Below are positions 18,150-28,224 of a stretch of DNA of 46,946 nt, piece by piece (the stretch's first letter is position 1; each line of letters opens with the position of its first letter). The stretch spans positions 1 to 46,946 of the forward strand of contig CAZZAD010000002.1 in the NCBI GenBank assembly GCA_964652055.1. The letters are read 5' to 3'. Under the pieces are notes generated by a model. It searched no databases and had not been told where the DNA came from. It worked only from the letters and a program-made list of their open reading frames with translations. Source of the DNA: an uncultured Burkholderiaceae bacterium (GTDB lineage: Bacteria > Pseudomonadota > Gammaproteobacteria > Burkholderiales > Burkholderiaceae_F). The position numbers and the translations under genes were made by a program.

Positions 18150-18908
18150 TCATGCACCAAACTCTTTGGCCATGGCGCGGGCGAGCCCTTCGTTACGTTC
18201 GTGCTGGGTGTTATGAGTCTGCCAGTGTGGATTCTTTTTTAAGAAGTCGAGGATGGCTTGCGTACCAAAGTCAGGCTGCGTGGGATACAGCGCTGCGTAA
18301 ATCGCCTCCACCAGCTCGAGGTCGGCCGGCTCGTCGACCGTCCACCGCAGCGCTGACCTGTCGAGCTCGGCCGCAAAGTTCTCCAGTTTGAATCGCTCCG
18401 GATGGCGCAAAAGAAACTGCGTGACGTGTTCTCTTTGATAGGGCGCCGTGGCTTCACGCGCAGCGGTTTCCAACGCAGCCATGGTCATGACTTCGACGTC
18501 CAGGCCATCGGGCCAGGTCGGCTTCAAAGTATTGCTGGTGTAGTCCGCACCAAAGGCCAGGTGATGCGCAATCACCGCGTCGATCAGCTCAGGATCGGCC
18601 AGCGGGCAGTCGCCGGTCAGGCGCACCACATGCTTGGGCGCGTAGGGCCGCGCCGCCAACACAAAACGTTCCAGCACATCGGCCAGTGGCCCACGGAACA
18701 CCGACACGCCGGCGCCCTCGGCCCACTGCGCCAGAGGGTCATCACTGGTGTCGGTCGATGTGGCCAGAACCAAGCCTTGCATTGAACGCGCACGCACCAA
18801 CCGTTCCATCTGCCGGGCAATCATGGGCTGCCCCAATAAGGGCCGCAAAACTTTGCCCGGCAGACGGCTCGAAGACACGCGAGCTTGCAATACACCAAGG
18901 ACGTTCAT
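18150..18908 (-). CDS. SpsF-type cytidylyltransferase (probable CMP-pseudaminic acid synthetase equivalent), 252 aa
   Basis: Contains MNVLGVLQARVSSSRLPGKVLRPLLGQPMI, the CTP_transf_3/SpsF signature. ATG 18908 has a GAGG about 10 nt upstream. The track extension to 18962 was rejected. Confidence 0.7.
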   Translation of the reverse strand: MNVLGVLQARVSSSRLPGKVLRPLLGQPMIARQMERLVRARSMQGLVLATSTDTSDDPLAQWAEGAGVSVFRGPLADVLERFVLAARPYAPKHVVRLTGDCPLADPELIDAVIAHHLAFGADYTSNTLKPTWPDGLDVEVMTMAALETAAREATAPYQREHVTQFLLRHPERFKLENFAAELDRSALRWTVDEPADLELVEAIYAALYPTQPDFGTQAILDFLKKNPHWQTHNTQHERNEGLARAMAKEFGA

Positions 18909-18918
18909 GGCGGCAGCC

Positions 18919-19863
18919 TCAGCCCGAAATACGCACGCCCACGGGCCAACGCCTGGGGTCAATCACCGCAATATCTTCACAGCCCAGATCAGACCAAGAC
19001 GCCTCGCACGTGGTGGCCAGCGCAGCCACGCACTCTTCGAGCTGCGCGGCGGATTGCACACCCAAGACGATCTGATCGATCTGGCTGACGCTGGCCACAA
19101 ATCCAAGGGCAAGCTGCAACGCTGAAACCTCTGCGCGCTGCGCCGCGTGCCGCACCCGAGCCAGGGGCACCCGTGCGTTGCCAAAGGCATCGGGCAAGTG
19201 CTCGGGGTCGGCCAGCAGCAAGCCTTGCAGCAAAGCCGATCGGGCCTGTATCGATAGGCCATGGGCTTTCAGTTGCTCCAAGGTGCCGTCCCGCACGCTG
19301 CGCTGGTCCAGCACGTTTAAGGGCAGTTGTATCCAGTCCAGGCCCTGGGGGCCCGTATGTGCCACCACCGCAAGCGCCTGCGCACCGTCGTAGACCGAAG
19401 CGCCCACGGCGTGCGCCTTGCCGTGCGCTTTTTGCGTCAAAAGCCAGCGATGCAGCCCTGCGCCATAGGCGCCTAATAACTGCTTCGCATCATGAATCAT
19501 CAACACGTCCACCTGCGTCCGGCCCAAGCGCTCCAGTGAGGCATCAAGCTGTTGCTGTGCAGTTGCCACGGGGTCTGCACCGGCATCGGTCCAGATCACT
19601 TTTGTACAAATTTTGAAGTCCGCCGGCTCGATGCTCTGTTCACTCAAAGTCGGCTCGCCCGCCCTGGGGTGCATCAGTTGGCCTAACACCGCTTCTGCGC
19701 GACCGTAGGCCGCAGCGGTATCCAACCATTGAATTCCCAACGCTTTGGCCCGTGCCAGCACCGCTAGGGCCTGAGTTTCTTGCATTGGACCCGCGCTGTG
19801 GGTCACACCATAGTCCAGACCCAATTGCGCGGTACCCAAGGTCACTCGAGAGGCCAGACTCAT
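18919..19863 (-). CDS. Aldo/keto reductase family oxidoreductase, 314 aa
   Basis: Contains LGTAQLGLDYG...LDTAAAYGRAE. ATG 19863 overlaps the pseC stop (ATGA). Confidence 0.75.
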   Translation of the reverse strand: MSLASRVTLGTAQLGLDYGVTHSAGPMQETQALAVLARAKALGIQWLDTAAAYGRAEAVLGQLMHPRAGEPTLSEQSIEPADFKICTKVIWTDAGADPVATAQQQLDASLERLGRTQVDVLMIHDAKQLLGAYGAGLHRWLLTQKAHGKAHAVGASVYDGAQALAVVAHTGPQGLDWIQLPLNVLDQRSVRDGTLEQLKAHGLSIQARSALLQGLLLADPEHLPDAFGNARVPLARVRHAAQRAEVSALQLALGFVASVSQIDQIVLGVQSAAQLEECVAALATTCEASWSDLGCEDIAVIDPRRWPVGVRISG

Positions 19864-21044
19864 GTGGGCAACCGGACCCAGTGCATCAACTGTTCAATCA
19901 CCCGATCCTGCTGCTCATGACTCAGTGCCGGGTAGATCGGCAGCGACAGCGCACGCTCGTAATAGGCCTGCGCCACCGGGAAATCATCCATTTTCATACC
20001 CAACTGACGGTAATAAGGCTGCGCAGGCACGGGGATGTAATGCACCTGCACGCCGATGCCAGCGGCGCGCATACCATCGAACACCGCGCGACGCATGCTG
20101 GCAAGGGGCACTTGCACTGGATACAGGTGATATGAAGACAATGCATCCGGGTGCTGCCACGGCAAAATCAAACCGCTGTGGGCAAGTTTTTCGTCGTAGC
20201 GCAGCGCCAACCGCCGCCGCGCAGCCAGAAAATCATCAATGCGCCGCATCTGACTCGTACCCAAGGCCGCTTGCAGGTCGGTCAACCGATAGTTAAAACC
20301 TAGTTCCTGCTGCTCGTAGTACCAGGGACCTTCGTCTTGGCAACCCATGCGCGCTCCGTCGCGCACCATGCCGTGGGTGCGCAGCATGAGTAGCCGCTGA
20401 TAAAGCCGCTCATCATTCGTGAGCGCCATGCCACCTTCACCCGTGGTCAAAATTTTTACAGGATGAAAACTAAACACGGTGATGTCGGCCCAACGGCCAC
20501 TGCCTACGGGCTCGTTTTTCCAACGCGCACCGATGGCATGCGAGGCATCCTCGATGACGCGCACGCCATAGTGGCGGCACAACTGCGCAACACGATCTGC
20601 CTCACAAGGTTGGCCCGCAAAGTCCACAGTCACCAACACCTGTGGCAGCCGTTTTTCATGTGCGGCAAGCTTCAGCTTCTCTTCTAAACGTTCGACGCTG
20701 AGGTTATAGGTGCGTGGATCGATATCAACGAAGTCCACCTCGGCGCCGCAATAGCGCGCGCAATTGGCTGAGGCCAAAAAGGTGTTGGGCGATGTCCATA
20801 ACCGCTGGCCCGGCCCCAGCTCGAGCGCTAAACAAGCCAGGTGCAATGCCGCCGTTGCGTTGGCCACTGCGCAGCCAAAGCGCGCCGCGCTGAACTCGGC
20901 CACACGACGCTCAAAGCGTTCGATCTCGGGGCCTTGCGTCAACCAGTCCGAGTGCAGCACCTGAACCACAGCGGCCACATCGGCTTCATCGATGCTCTGG
21001 CGGCCATAAGGAATAAAGTCTGCCGATGCCAAGCCTGAACTCAT
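19860..21044 (-). CDS. pseC: UDP-4-amino-4,6-dideoxy-N-acetyl-beta-L-altrosamine transaminase (DegT/DnrJ/EryC1 family), 394 aa
   Basis: Contains FIPYGRQSIDEADVAAVVQVLHSDWLTQGP and SFHPVKILTTGEGG (the PLP-binding Lys). I chose ATG 21044; track start 21077 is a TTG. Confidence 0.85.
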   Translation of the reverse strand: MSSGLASADFIPYGRQSIDEADVAAVVQVLHSDWLTQGPEIERFERRVAEFSAARFGCAVANATAALHLACLALELGPGQRLWTSPNTFLASANCARYCGAEVDFVDIDPRTYNLSVERLEEKLKLAAHEKRLPQVLVTVDFAGQPCEADRVAQLCRHYGVRVIEDASHAIGARWKNEPVGSGRWADITVFSFHPVKILTTGEGGMALTNDERLYQRLLMLRTHGMVRDGARMGCQDEGPWYYEQQELGFNYRLTDLQAALGTSQMRRIDDFLAARRRLALRYDEKLAHSGLILPWQHPDALSSYHLYPVQVPLASMRRAVFDGMRAAGIGVQVHYIPVPAQPYYRQLGMKMDDFPVAQAYYERALSLPIYPALSHEQQDRVIEQLMHWVRLPT

Positions 21045-21060
21045 GGGACGAACCCCGCAC

Positions 21061-22056
<996 letters not shown>

Positions 22057-22103
22057 TCAACGGCCCCGAATTCGATGTCGCACGATGTCGCAATCTGCGA
22101 CGC
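22057..22103. promoter_or_regulatory. Divergent control region with a perfect tandem 10-mer and an overlapping palindrome
   Basis: cgatgtcgca occurs twice in perfect tandem (22073-22082 and 22083-22092). It overlaps the inverted repeat gtcgca-atc-tgcgac (22087-22101). The region sits between the pseB start (22056) and the GT2 ORF. Confidence 0.4.
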
Positions 22104-23138
22104 ATGGTGTCTGAGCGTCGTTCACACGTACCCACGCGGCGCTCACCCAGCACAAAGAGCGCGCAGGATACTGCACCGGGCACCGCATCCAACCCGATCG
22201 CTTCCACCGGTCTTGGCAGCTCACTACAATGCCGCCCCTTGCTTCCCGCTGGCTTGCTCCCACTCGTTTTTTACTCCGCGTCTTGGCGATTGAACTCAGA
22301 CCACCTCCAGGCCATTGCCCGCACCGCCACGACCCATTCAGCTGAACCCGCCCCGCAGTCCTGCGGTGATTTCATCGGTGAGCGGGTCTCCATCATCACG
22401 CCCGCGTTTCGTGCCGCCACATACATCAGCGAAACTATCCGCAGCGTGCAAGCGCAGGACTATTTGGATTGGGAAATGCTGGTCGTGGACGATCAGTCCC
22501 CAGACCACACCGCTGAGCTCATCGCTGAGCACGCGGCTGAGGATCCGCGCATTCACCTCATACGCCAAACCAAAAATGGCGGGCCCGCTGCTGCACGAAA
22601 CGCTGCGTTGGCGCAAGCCCGTGGCCGCTGGGTCGCCTTCTTGGACAGCGATGACCTTTGGTTGCCCAACAAACTTTCCGAGCAGCTGAAGTTTCACCGA
22701 GCCCATGGGGGCGTGCTGAGTTTCACCGCGTTTCGTCGCATGAGCGCCGATGGCTCACGCCTGGGCCGTCTCATCGAAGTGCCGGCCAGGCTGTCTTATG
22801 CCCGTTTGTTGCGCAACACGGCCATTGCCACCTCCACCGTGATCGTGGATCGAGCCGTGTGCGGCCCGTTTTGCATGAAACGCACTTATTACGACGACTA
22901 CGCCTGCTGGCTGGCGTTGTTGCGTCCGGGACCGCAAGCCGGAGGTATTGCGCACGGGCTCAATGAAGATCTCATGCGTTATCGCGTACTGGATCGATCT
23001 GTTTCACGCAACAAATCGAACTCGGCGCGGCAAGTCTGGAAGGTCTACCGCGAGGTCGAGCGCCTCAATCCAATTCATGCCGCCTGGTGCTTTGCTCACT
23101 ACGGCGCGCGGGGCTGGCTGAAATACCGCCGGTTTTGA
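22104..23138 (+). CDS. Family 2 glycosyltransferase
   Basis: Contains VSIITPAFRAATYISETIRSVQAQDY, VVDDQSPDHT and FLDSDDLW (DxD). The start is uncertain. ATG 22104 gives a ~90-aa low-complexity extension, and in-frame TTG 22290 (282 aa) is an alternative. Confidence 0.75.
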   Translation: MVSERRSHVPTRRSPSTKSAQDTAPGTASNPIASTGLGSSLQCRPLLPAGLLPLVFYSASWRLNSDHLQAIARTATTHSAEPAPQSCGDFIGERVSIITPAFRAATYISETIRSVQAQDYLDWEMLVVDDQSPDHTAELIAEHAAEDPRIHLIRQTKNGGPAAARNAALAQARGRWVAFLDSDDLWLPNKLSEQLKFHRAHGGVLSFTAFRRMSADGSRLGRLIEVPARLSYARLLRNTAIATSTVIVDRAVCGPFCMKRTYYDDYACWLALLRPGPQAGGIAHGLNEDLMRYRVLDRSVSRNKSNSARQVWKVYREVERLNPIHAAWCFAHYGARGWLKYRRF

Positions 23139-24154
23139 CGCCTTTGAACACGCGCACCGTACTTGTCACTGGCGCCAGCGGGTTTATTGGTCAATACGCC
23201 TGCACCCAGTTGACGCAACAGGGTTGGACCGTCAGGGCTGCAGTTCGCTCACTCGACGAGCGCGCACGCGCGCCACTGAATGCCCATGAGGTGATCGCCC
23301 TGGGCGATCTGACCTGCGCCACCGATCAAGACCTGCAACGCGCTGTGGCCGGATGCAATGCGGTGCTTCACTTGGCGGGCCGAGTACATGCGCGTGCCCG
23401 ACCCCAAAACACTGGGGCGGCCTTTGACCCCACCAACGTCACGGCCACGACGCGGCTGGCCGCAACCGCTGCGCAGGTGGGTGCCCAGCGCTTTGTGTTT
23501 ATCAGCTCCATCGGCGTGCACGGTGTGCAATCGAGGGCGCCAATCACAGAAACCTCGCCCCTGGCGCCTCTTGAGCCCTACGCGCAATCCAAACTGGCCG
23601 CCGAACACGCGCTGCAAGAGATAGCTGCACGCACGGCGCTGGAATTGGTGATCGTGCGCCCCCCCTTGGTGTATGGCCCGCGCTGCCCAGGCAATTTGGC
23701 GCGGCTTATCCATTGGATTGAACGCGGCTGGCCACTGCCACTAGGAAATATTCACAACCAACGCAGTTTCATCAGCGTCCAGAACCTCGCCGCTTTACTC
23801 AGCGCAACGCTGACTCATGAAGACGCAGCGCATCAGGTTTTCGTGGCCGCGGACGCAGAAGATATTGGCCTGACGGCACTGATCAAAACACTGGCGCAGC
23901 ATCTGGGCGTTCACAGTCGCCTTGTATCCGTACCTAGGCCGCTACTACAGATTGCCGCACAGATTTTTGGTCAGGCTCTCACGTGGAAGAAGCTCGCAGG
24001 CAATTTGCAAGTCGATGCGAGTAAAGCGCATGCGCGGCTGAACTGGCAACCACACATCACACTTAGCGCGGGGCTGCGCGAAACCGCACTATCCTTCCGG
24101 CCCCAACACACGCCCCGCACGCAACACCCGGCCGACCGCAGCACAACCCCATGA
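23135..24154 (+). CDS. NAD-dependent epimerase/dehydratase family protein, WbpV/WbpK/WreQ-like UDP-4-keto-6-deoxy-HexNAc 4-reductase candidate
   Basis: Contains VLVTGASGFIGQY and a YAQSK catalytic motif. The gene order reductase / GT4 initiating transferase / WbpM-like dehydratase is conserved here. The start is uncertain: TTG 23135 overlaps the GT2 stop (TTGA), and the track start is GTG 23087. Confidence 0.65.
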   Translation: MTPLNTRTVLVTGASGFIGQYACTQLTQQGWTVRAAVRSLDERARAPLNAHEVIALGDLTCATDQDLQRAVAGCNAVLHLAGRVHARARPQNTGAAFDPTNVTATTRLAATAAQVGAQRFVFISSIGVHGVQSRAPITETSPLAPLEPYAQSKLAAEHALQEIAARTALELVIVRPPLVYGPRCPGNLARLIHWIERGWPLPLGNIHNQRSFISVQNLAALLSATLTHEDAAHQVFVAADAEDIGLTALIKTLAQHLGVHSRLVSVPRPLLQIAAQIFGQALTWKKLAGNLQVDASKAHARLNWQPHITLSAGLRETALSFRPQHTPRTQHPADRSTTP

Positions 24155-25209
24155 ATCGAGTGTCCGAACTTTGGCTTGCATTTCCTGCGCTTTCGGTCGC
24201 GGCGCTCATGACGGCGACGCTGCGCCACTACGGCCGGCGTTGGCTGCTCGATCACCCCAATGAGCGCAGCTTGCACGTCACGCCCGTGCCTCGGGGCGGC
24301 GGATTGGCGCTTGCCACCGTGTTTTTGATTTCTATCGTTGCGCTGTGGCACCTGAATCAGGCAAACCACCATGAACTGTTCATGTCGCTGACGCTCGCCG
24401 GAGCTCTGGTGGCTGCCACGGGCTATTGGGATGATCACATCAACGTGCGGGCGCGTTGGCGCCTATTACTGCACTTCGGGGCAGCCGCTTGCGCTGTCGT
24501 TCTCCTGGGCCCCATCACGGTGGTTGTGCTGCCGGGCTCAGCGCTGAACTTTCCTACGTCAGTAGGCAGTGCCCTGACCGTGATGGGACTGATGTGGCTG
24601 CTTAATTTGTACAACTTCATGGACGGCATCGACGGGTTGGCCGGCGCCGAGGCGGTGTCGGTCGCCCTACCTGCCGCGCTGCTGGCGTGGCATTACGGCA
24701 TCGACTTGCCGGGTCTCTTAGTCCTTGCGGCAGCCAGCGCCGGTTTTTTGATTTTTAACTGGCCACCGGCGCGCATCTTCATGGGCGACGTGGGCAGCGG
24801 TTTCGTCGGCTTTGTGTTTGGCGTTTACGCAGTGGCCAGCGCGCAGATTGCACCCCACTGGTTGTGGGTGTGGGCCATATTGCTCGCGGTGTTTTGGGTC
24901 GATGCGACGGTGACGCTGCTGCGCCGGATCGCGCACGGGCAGGCACCCTATGCCGCGCACCGCACCCATGCCTATCAAAACGTTGCGCGCAGGCTCGGCG
25001 CGCACCGGCCGGTCACCCTGGCCATCGTCGCCATCAATGTGCTGTATCTGGCGCCTCTGGCTGGCGTGGCGGCACAGTTCCCAGAATGGTCGTCGGTGGC
25101 TGCTTTGGTGGCCGTACTACCACTGATCCTGGCAGCTTTTGTTTTTCGCGCGGGTCAACCGGAACATTTGCAGCCAGGACCCGCGGCCACTCATCCCATC
25201 CCCTCATGA
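24151..25209 (+). CDS. wbpL: Undecaprenyl-phosphate HexNAc-1-phosphate transferase (GT4 / WbpL-WecA family), 352 aa
   Basis: Polytopic membrane protein with HVTPVPRGGG and NLYNFMDGIDGLAG motifs. ATG 24151 overlaps the upstream stop (ATGA). Confidence 0.8.
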   Translation: MNRVSELWLAFPALSVAALMTATLRHYGRRWLLDHPNERSLHVTPVPRGGGLALATVFLISIVALWHLNQANHHELFMSLTLAGALVAATGYWDDHINVRARWRLLLHFGAAACAVVLLGPITVVVLPGSALNFPTSVGSALTVMGLMWLLNLYNFMDGIDGLAGAEAVSVALPAALLAWHYGIDLPGLLVLAAASAGFLIFNWPPARIFMGDVGSGFVGFVFGVYAVASAQIAPHWLWVWAILLAVFWVDATVTLLRRIAHGQAPYAAHRTHAYQNVARRLGAHRPVTLAIVAINVLYLAPLAGVAAQFPEWSSVAALVAVLPLILAAFVFRAGQPEHLQPGPAATHPIPS

Positions 25210-27080
25210 TTTATCGAATCAACCTCAATCGCCGCGCTTTTTTGGCCTGGGCACACGATGTGGTGGTAGCGGGCCTGGCCTTGCTGCTGGCTTATGCCAT
25301 ACGCCTGAACTTTGAGGGTGAGTGGTGGCAATTCGATTCGGCCCTGAGATTGCTGCCGTGGGTGCTGCCCGTACAAGGCGCAGTGTTCGTCGCCGTGGGC
25401 TTGTACCGCGGCCTTTGGCGCTACGCGAGCCTGCGCGATTTGCGTCACATTGCGCTGGCATCAGGTTTGGCCACCCTGGTCGTTCCGCTCATGGCCCTGA
25501 TGACACGCATCGACGTGGTGATTCCGCGTTCGGTACTCGTCATGTTGCCGCTGCTGATGGCTTTTGCCATGGGCGGCAGTCGCCTGATCTACCGCATGTG
25601 GCGCGAGCATCGTTTGTCGATTTACACGCGCGAGCAGGGCGATCCGGTCATCGTCATCGGCGCGGGCGACGCGGCCTCAAAACTGCTGCGCGATCTGGAA
25701 GCCAGTCCGCTATACAAGGCGGCGGCGCTTCTGGACGACGATGCCGCAAAAATCGGCAGGCTGATCAACGGCACGCGTGTCATCGGCCGCATCGATCAGT
25801 ACGCCGAGGTTGCGCGTCAATTCAACACCAACACGGCCATCGTTGCCATGCCCGGCGCACGCCACGAGGTGCGCCGACAAGTGGTGGCCGTACTTTCCGC
25901 GGCCGGTGCGCGCATATTGACCGTACCTTCGTTTGAAGAATTGCTTGCAGGCGCTGCCAACACAGTGCGCAAGATCGAACTCGATGATCTGCTCGGACGT
26001 GACACCGTAGAGCTGGACCAAGCAGGGCTGGAGCGCACCTACACCGGTCAAACCATTCTTATCACCGGCGCGGGCGGCTCTATCGGCTCGGAGCTGTGTC
26101 GGCAACTGACGCGGTTTGCGCCGGAAAAACTCGTTCTGTTTGACATGAGTGAGTTCGCGCTTTACCAATTGACCGAAGAATTCGCCGCGCGTTTTCCTTC
26201 CATCGGTGTCGTGGCCGTGATCGGTGACATCAAAGACGAGGGCCGTGTCGAGCACGTATTTCGCACCTACCGCCCCCAGGTGGTATTTCATGCGGCCGCC
26301 TACAAGCATGTTCCGCTCATGGAAGGCGACAACGCGGCTCAAGCGCTGCGCAATAACAGTTACGGCACGTTCGTGGTGGGCAAAAGCGCCCTACGGTTTG
26401 GTGCCAAACGCTTTGTGCTGGTCTCCACGGATAAGGCGGTCAACCCGACGAATGTCATGGGAGCGACCAAACGTCTGGCGGAAATGCTCTGCCAACACCT
26501 GAACGAAGCGAAGCACACCCAGTTTTGCATCGTGCGCTTTGGCAACGTATTGGGATCGAGTGGCAGCGTCATTCCAAAATTCCAGGAACAAATCGCCGCG
26601 GGAGGTCCGCTCACGGTGACCCATCCGGAGGTCATACGTTTCTTCATGTCGATCCCAGAGGCTGCGCAACTTGTTTTGCAGGCCGGGGCCATGGGGTCTG
26701 GGGGCGAAATTTTCGTTCTCGACATGGGCGCTCCAGTCAAGATCGTGGACCTGGCACGCGACATGATTCGTCTGGCCGGCTACACCGAAGCGCAAATCGG
26801 CATCCGATTCACGGGGCTGCGACCCGGAGAAAAATTGTTTGAAGAGTTGCTAGCCAGTGATGAAAACACGCTGCCCACACCCCACCCCAAACTGCGTATT
26901 GCCCGATCAACACTGGCGCTGCGTACAGACTTGGATGAGATCGTGAGCCTCATTGCCAAGCTTCATGACGCCCCCTCCCACGAGATCAAGACGCGCCTGG
27001 CCCAATGGGTTGCCGAATATTCTGAGTACTTGCCGCCCGCACACAACCCAGCGGCTGCGACCGAGGCCAATCATGTTTAA
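25206..27080 (+). CDS. wbpM: Membrane-anchored UDP-GlcNAc 4,6-dehydratase (WbpM/PglF/CapD family), 624 aa
   Basis: N-terminal TM helices (MIYRINLNRRAFLAWAHDVVVAGLALLL) are followed by ILITGAGGSIGSELC, HAAAYKHVPLME and GATKRLAE. ATG 25206 overlaps the wbpL stop (ATGA). The track extension to 24864 was rejected. Confidence 0.85.
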   Translation: MIYRINLNRRAFLAWAHDVVVAGLALLLAYAIRLNFEGEWWQFDSALRLLPWVLPVQGAVFVAVGLYRGLWRYASLRDLRHIALASGLATLVVPLMALMTRIDVVIPRSVLVMLPLLMAFAMGGSRLIYRMWREHRLSIYTREQGDPVIVIGAGDAASKLLRDLEASPLYKAAALLDDDAAKIGRLINGTRVIGRIDQYAEVARQFNTNTAIVAMPGARHEVRRQVVAVLSAAGARILTVPSFEELLAGAANTVRKIELDDLLGRDTVELDQAGLERTYTGQTILITGAGGSIGSELCRQLTRFAPEKLVLFDMSEFALYQLTEEFAARFPSIGVVAVIGDIKDEGRVEHVFRTYRPQVVFHAAAYKHVPLMEGDNAAQALRNNSYGTFVVGKSALRFGAKRFVLVSTDKAVNPTNVMGATKRLAEMLCQHLNEAKHTQFCIVRFGNVLGSSGSVIPKFQEQIAAGGPLTVTHPEVIRFFMSIPEAAQLVLQAGAMGSGGEIFVLDMGAPVKIVDLARDMIRLAGYTEAQIGIRFTGLRPGEKLFEELLASDENTLPTPHPKLRIARSTLALRTDLDEIVSLIAKLHDAPSHEIKTRLAQWVAEYSEYLPPAHNPAAATEANHV

Positions 27081-28224
27081 CGATCTGATTCATTTTGTGC
27101 GCGATCAATATCGCAGCAAAGATCTCATCCCACTGCACGCCCCAATATTCAAAGGGCGTGAGCGCGAGTACGTCGATGACGCCATCGATTCAACCTTCGT
27201 ATCCAGCGTCGGGGCCTATGTAGACCGCTTTGAGCTCGACATGGCTCACTACACCAGCAGCCCCATGGCCGTGGCCACGGTTAACGGTACCGCGGCGCTG
27301 CATGTCGCTTTGCAGCTTGCAGGCGTTAAACCGGATCAATGGGTAATCACTCAGCCACTGACGTTCGTGGCCACCTGCAACGCCATCCGCTACTGCGGAG
27401 CGCAGCCCGTGTTTGTGGATGTGGACCGCCACACCTTGGGTCTATCTCCTCAGGCACTTGAGACCTGGCTGAGCGAAAACGCCCGGGTTGGCGAGGACGG
27501 CATATGTCGAACCCGGCAAGAAGAAAAAGCCATCCGTGCCTGCGTGCCCATGCACACCTTTGGGCATCCGGCCGATCTCGATGGCCTGCTGGCGGTGTGT
27601 CAGCGCTGGGGGCTGGCCCTGGTTGAAGATGCGGCCGAGTCGCTCGGCAGCTTGTACAAGGGTCGCCATACTGGCACCTTGGGCGCACTGGGAACACTGA
27701 GCTTTAACGGCAACAAGATCATCACCACCGGTGGCGGCGGCATGATCTTGGCCCGCCGTGAGCTTGGCGTGCACGCCAAGCACCTGACCACGACCGCCAA
27801 GAAGCCGCATCCCTACGAATACGTTCATGACGAGGTGGGCTACAACTACCGCATGCCCAATCTGAACGCCGCATTGGGCTGCGCGCAGCTCGAACAACTT
27901 GAGCACCTCATTGCCTCCAAACGCACGCTGGCCGGCCGCTACGCAGAGCACTTCAAAAGCCACGACCTGCAATTCGTCACCGAACCGGCGGGCTGCCGCT
28001 CCAACTATTGGCTCAACGCCGTCATCTGCAACGACCGTGCAGCACGCGACGCCTTGCTCAAAGCCACCAACGACGCAGGCGTGATGACGCGCCCCATCTG
28101 GACCCTCATGAATCATCTGCCTATGTATGCGCAATGCCCGCAGGGCGACTTGACGCATGCGCAATGGCTGGAAGCGCGCGTGGTGAACCTGCCCAGCAGC
28201 GCGTTGCCGCAGGTGCCCGCATGA
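27073..28224 (+). CDS. legC: LegC-family DegT-type aminotransferase, 383 aa
   Basis: Contains LIPLHAPIFKGREREYVDDAIDSTFVSSVGAYVDRFE and SFNGNKIITTGGGG. ATG 27073 overlaps wbpM by 8 nt. Confidence 0.8.
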   Translation: MFNDLIHFVRDQYRSKDLIPLHAPIFKGREREYVDDAIDSTFVSSVGAYVDRFELDMAHYTSSPMAVATVNGTAALHVALQLAGVKPDQWVITQPLTFVATCNAIRYCGAQPVFVDVDRHTLGLSPQALETWLSENARVGEDGICRTRQEEKAIRACVPMHTFGHPADLDGLLAVCQRWGLALVEDAAESLGSLYKGRHTGTLGALGTLSFNGNKIITTGGGGMILARRELGVHAKHLTTTAKKPHPYEYVHDEVGYNYRMPNLNAALGCAQLEQLEHLIASKRTLAGRYAEHFKSHDLQFVTEPAGCRSNYWLNAVICNDRAARDALLKATNDAGVMTRPIWTLMNHLPMYAQCPQGDLTHAQWLEARVVNLPSSALPQVPA

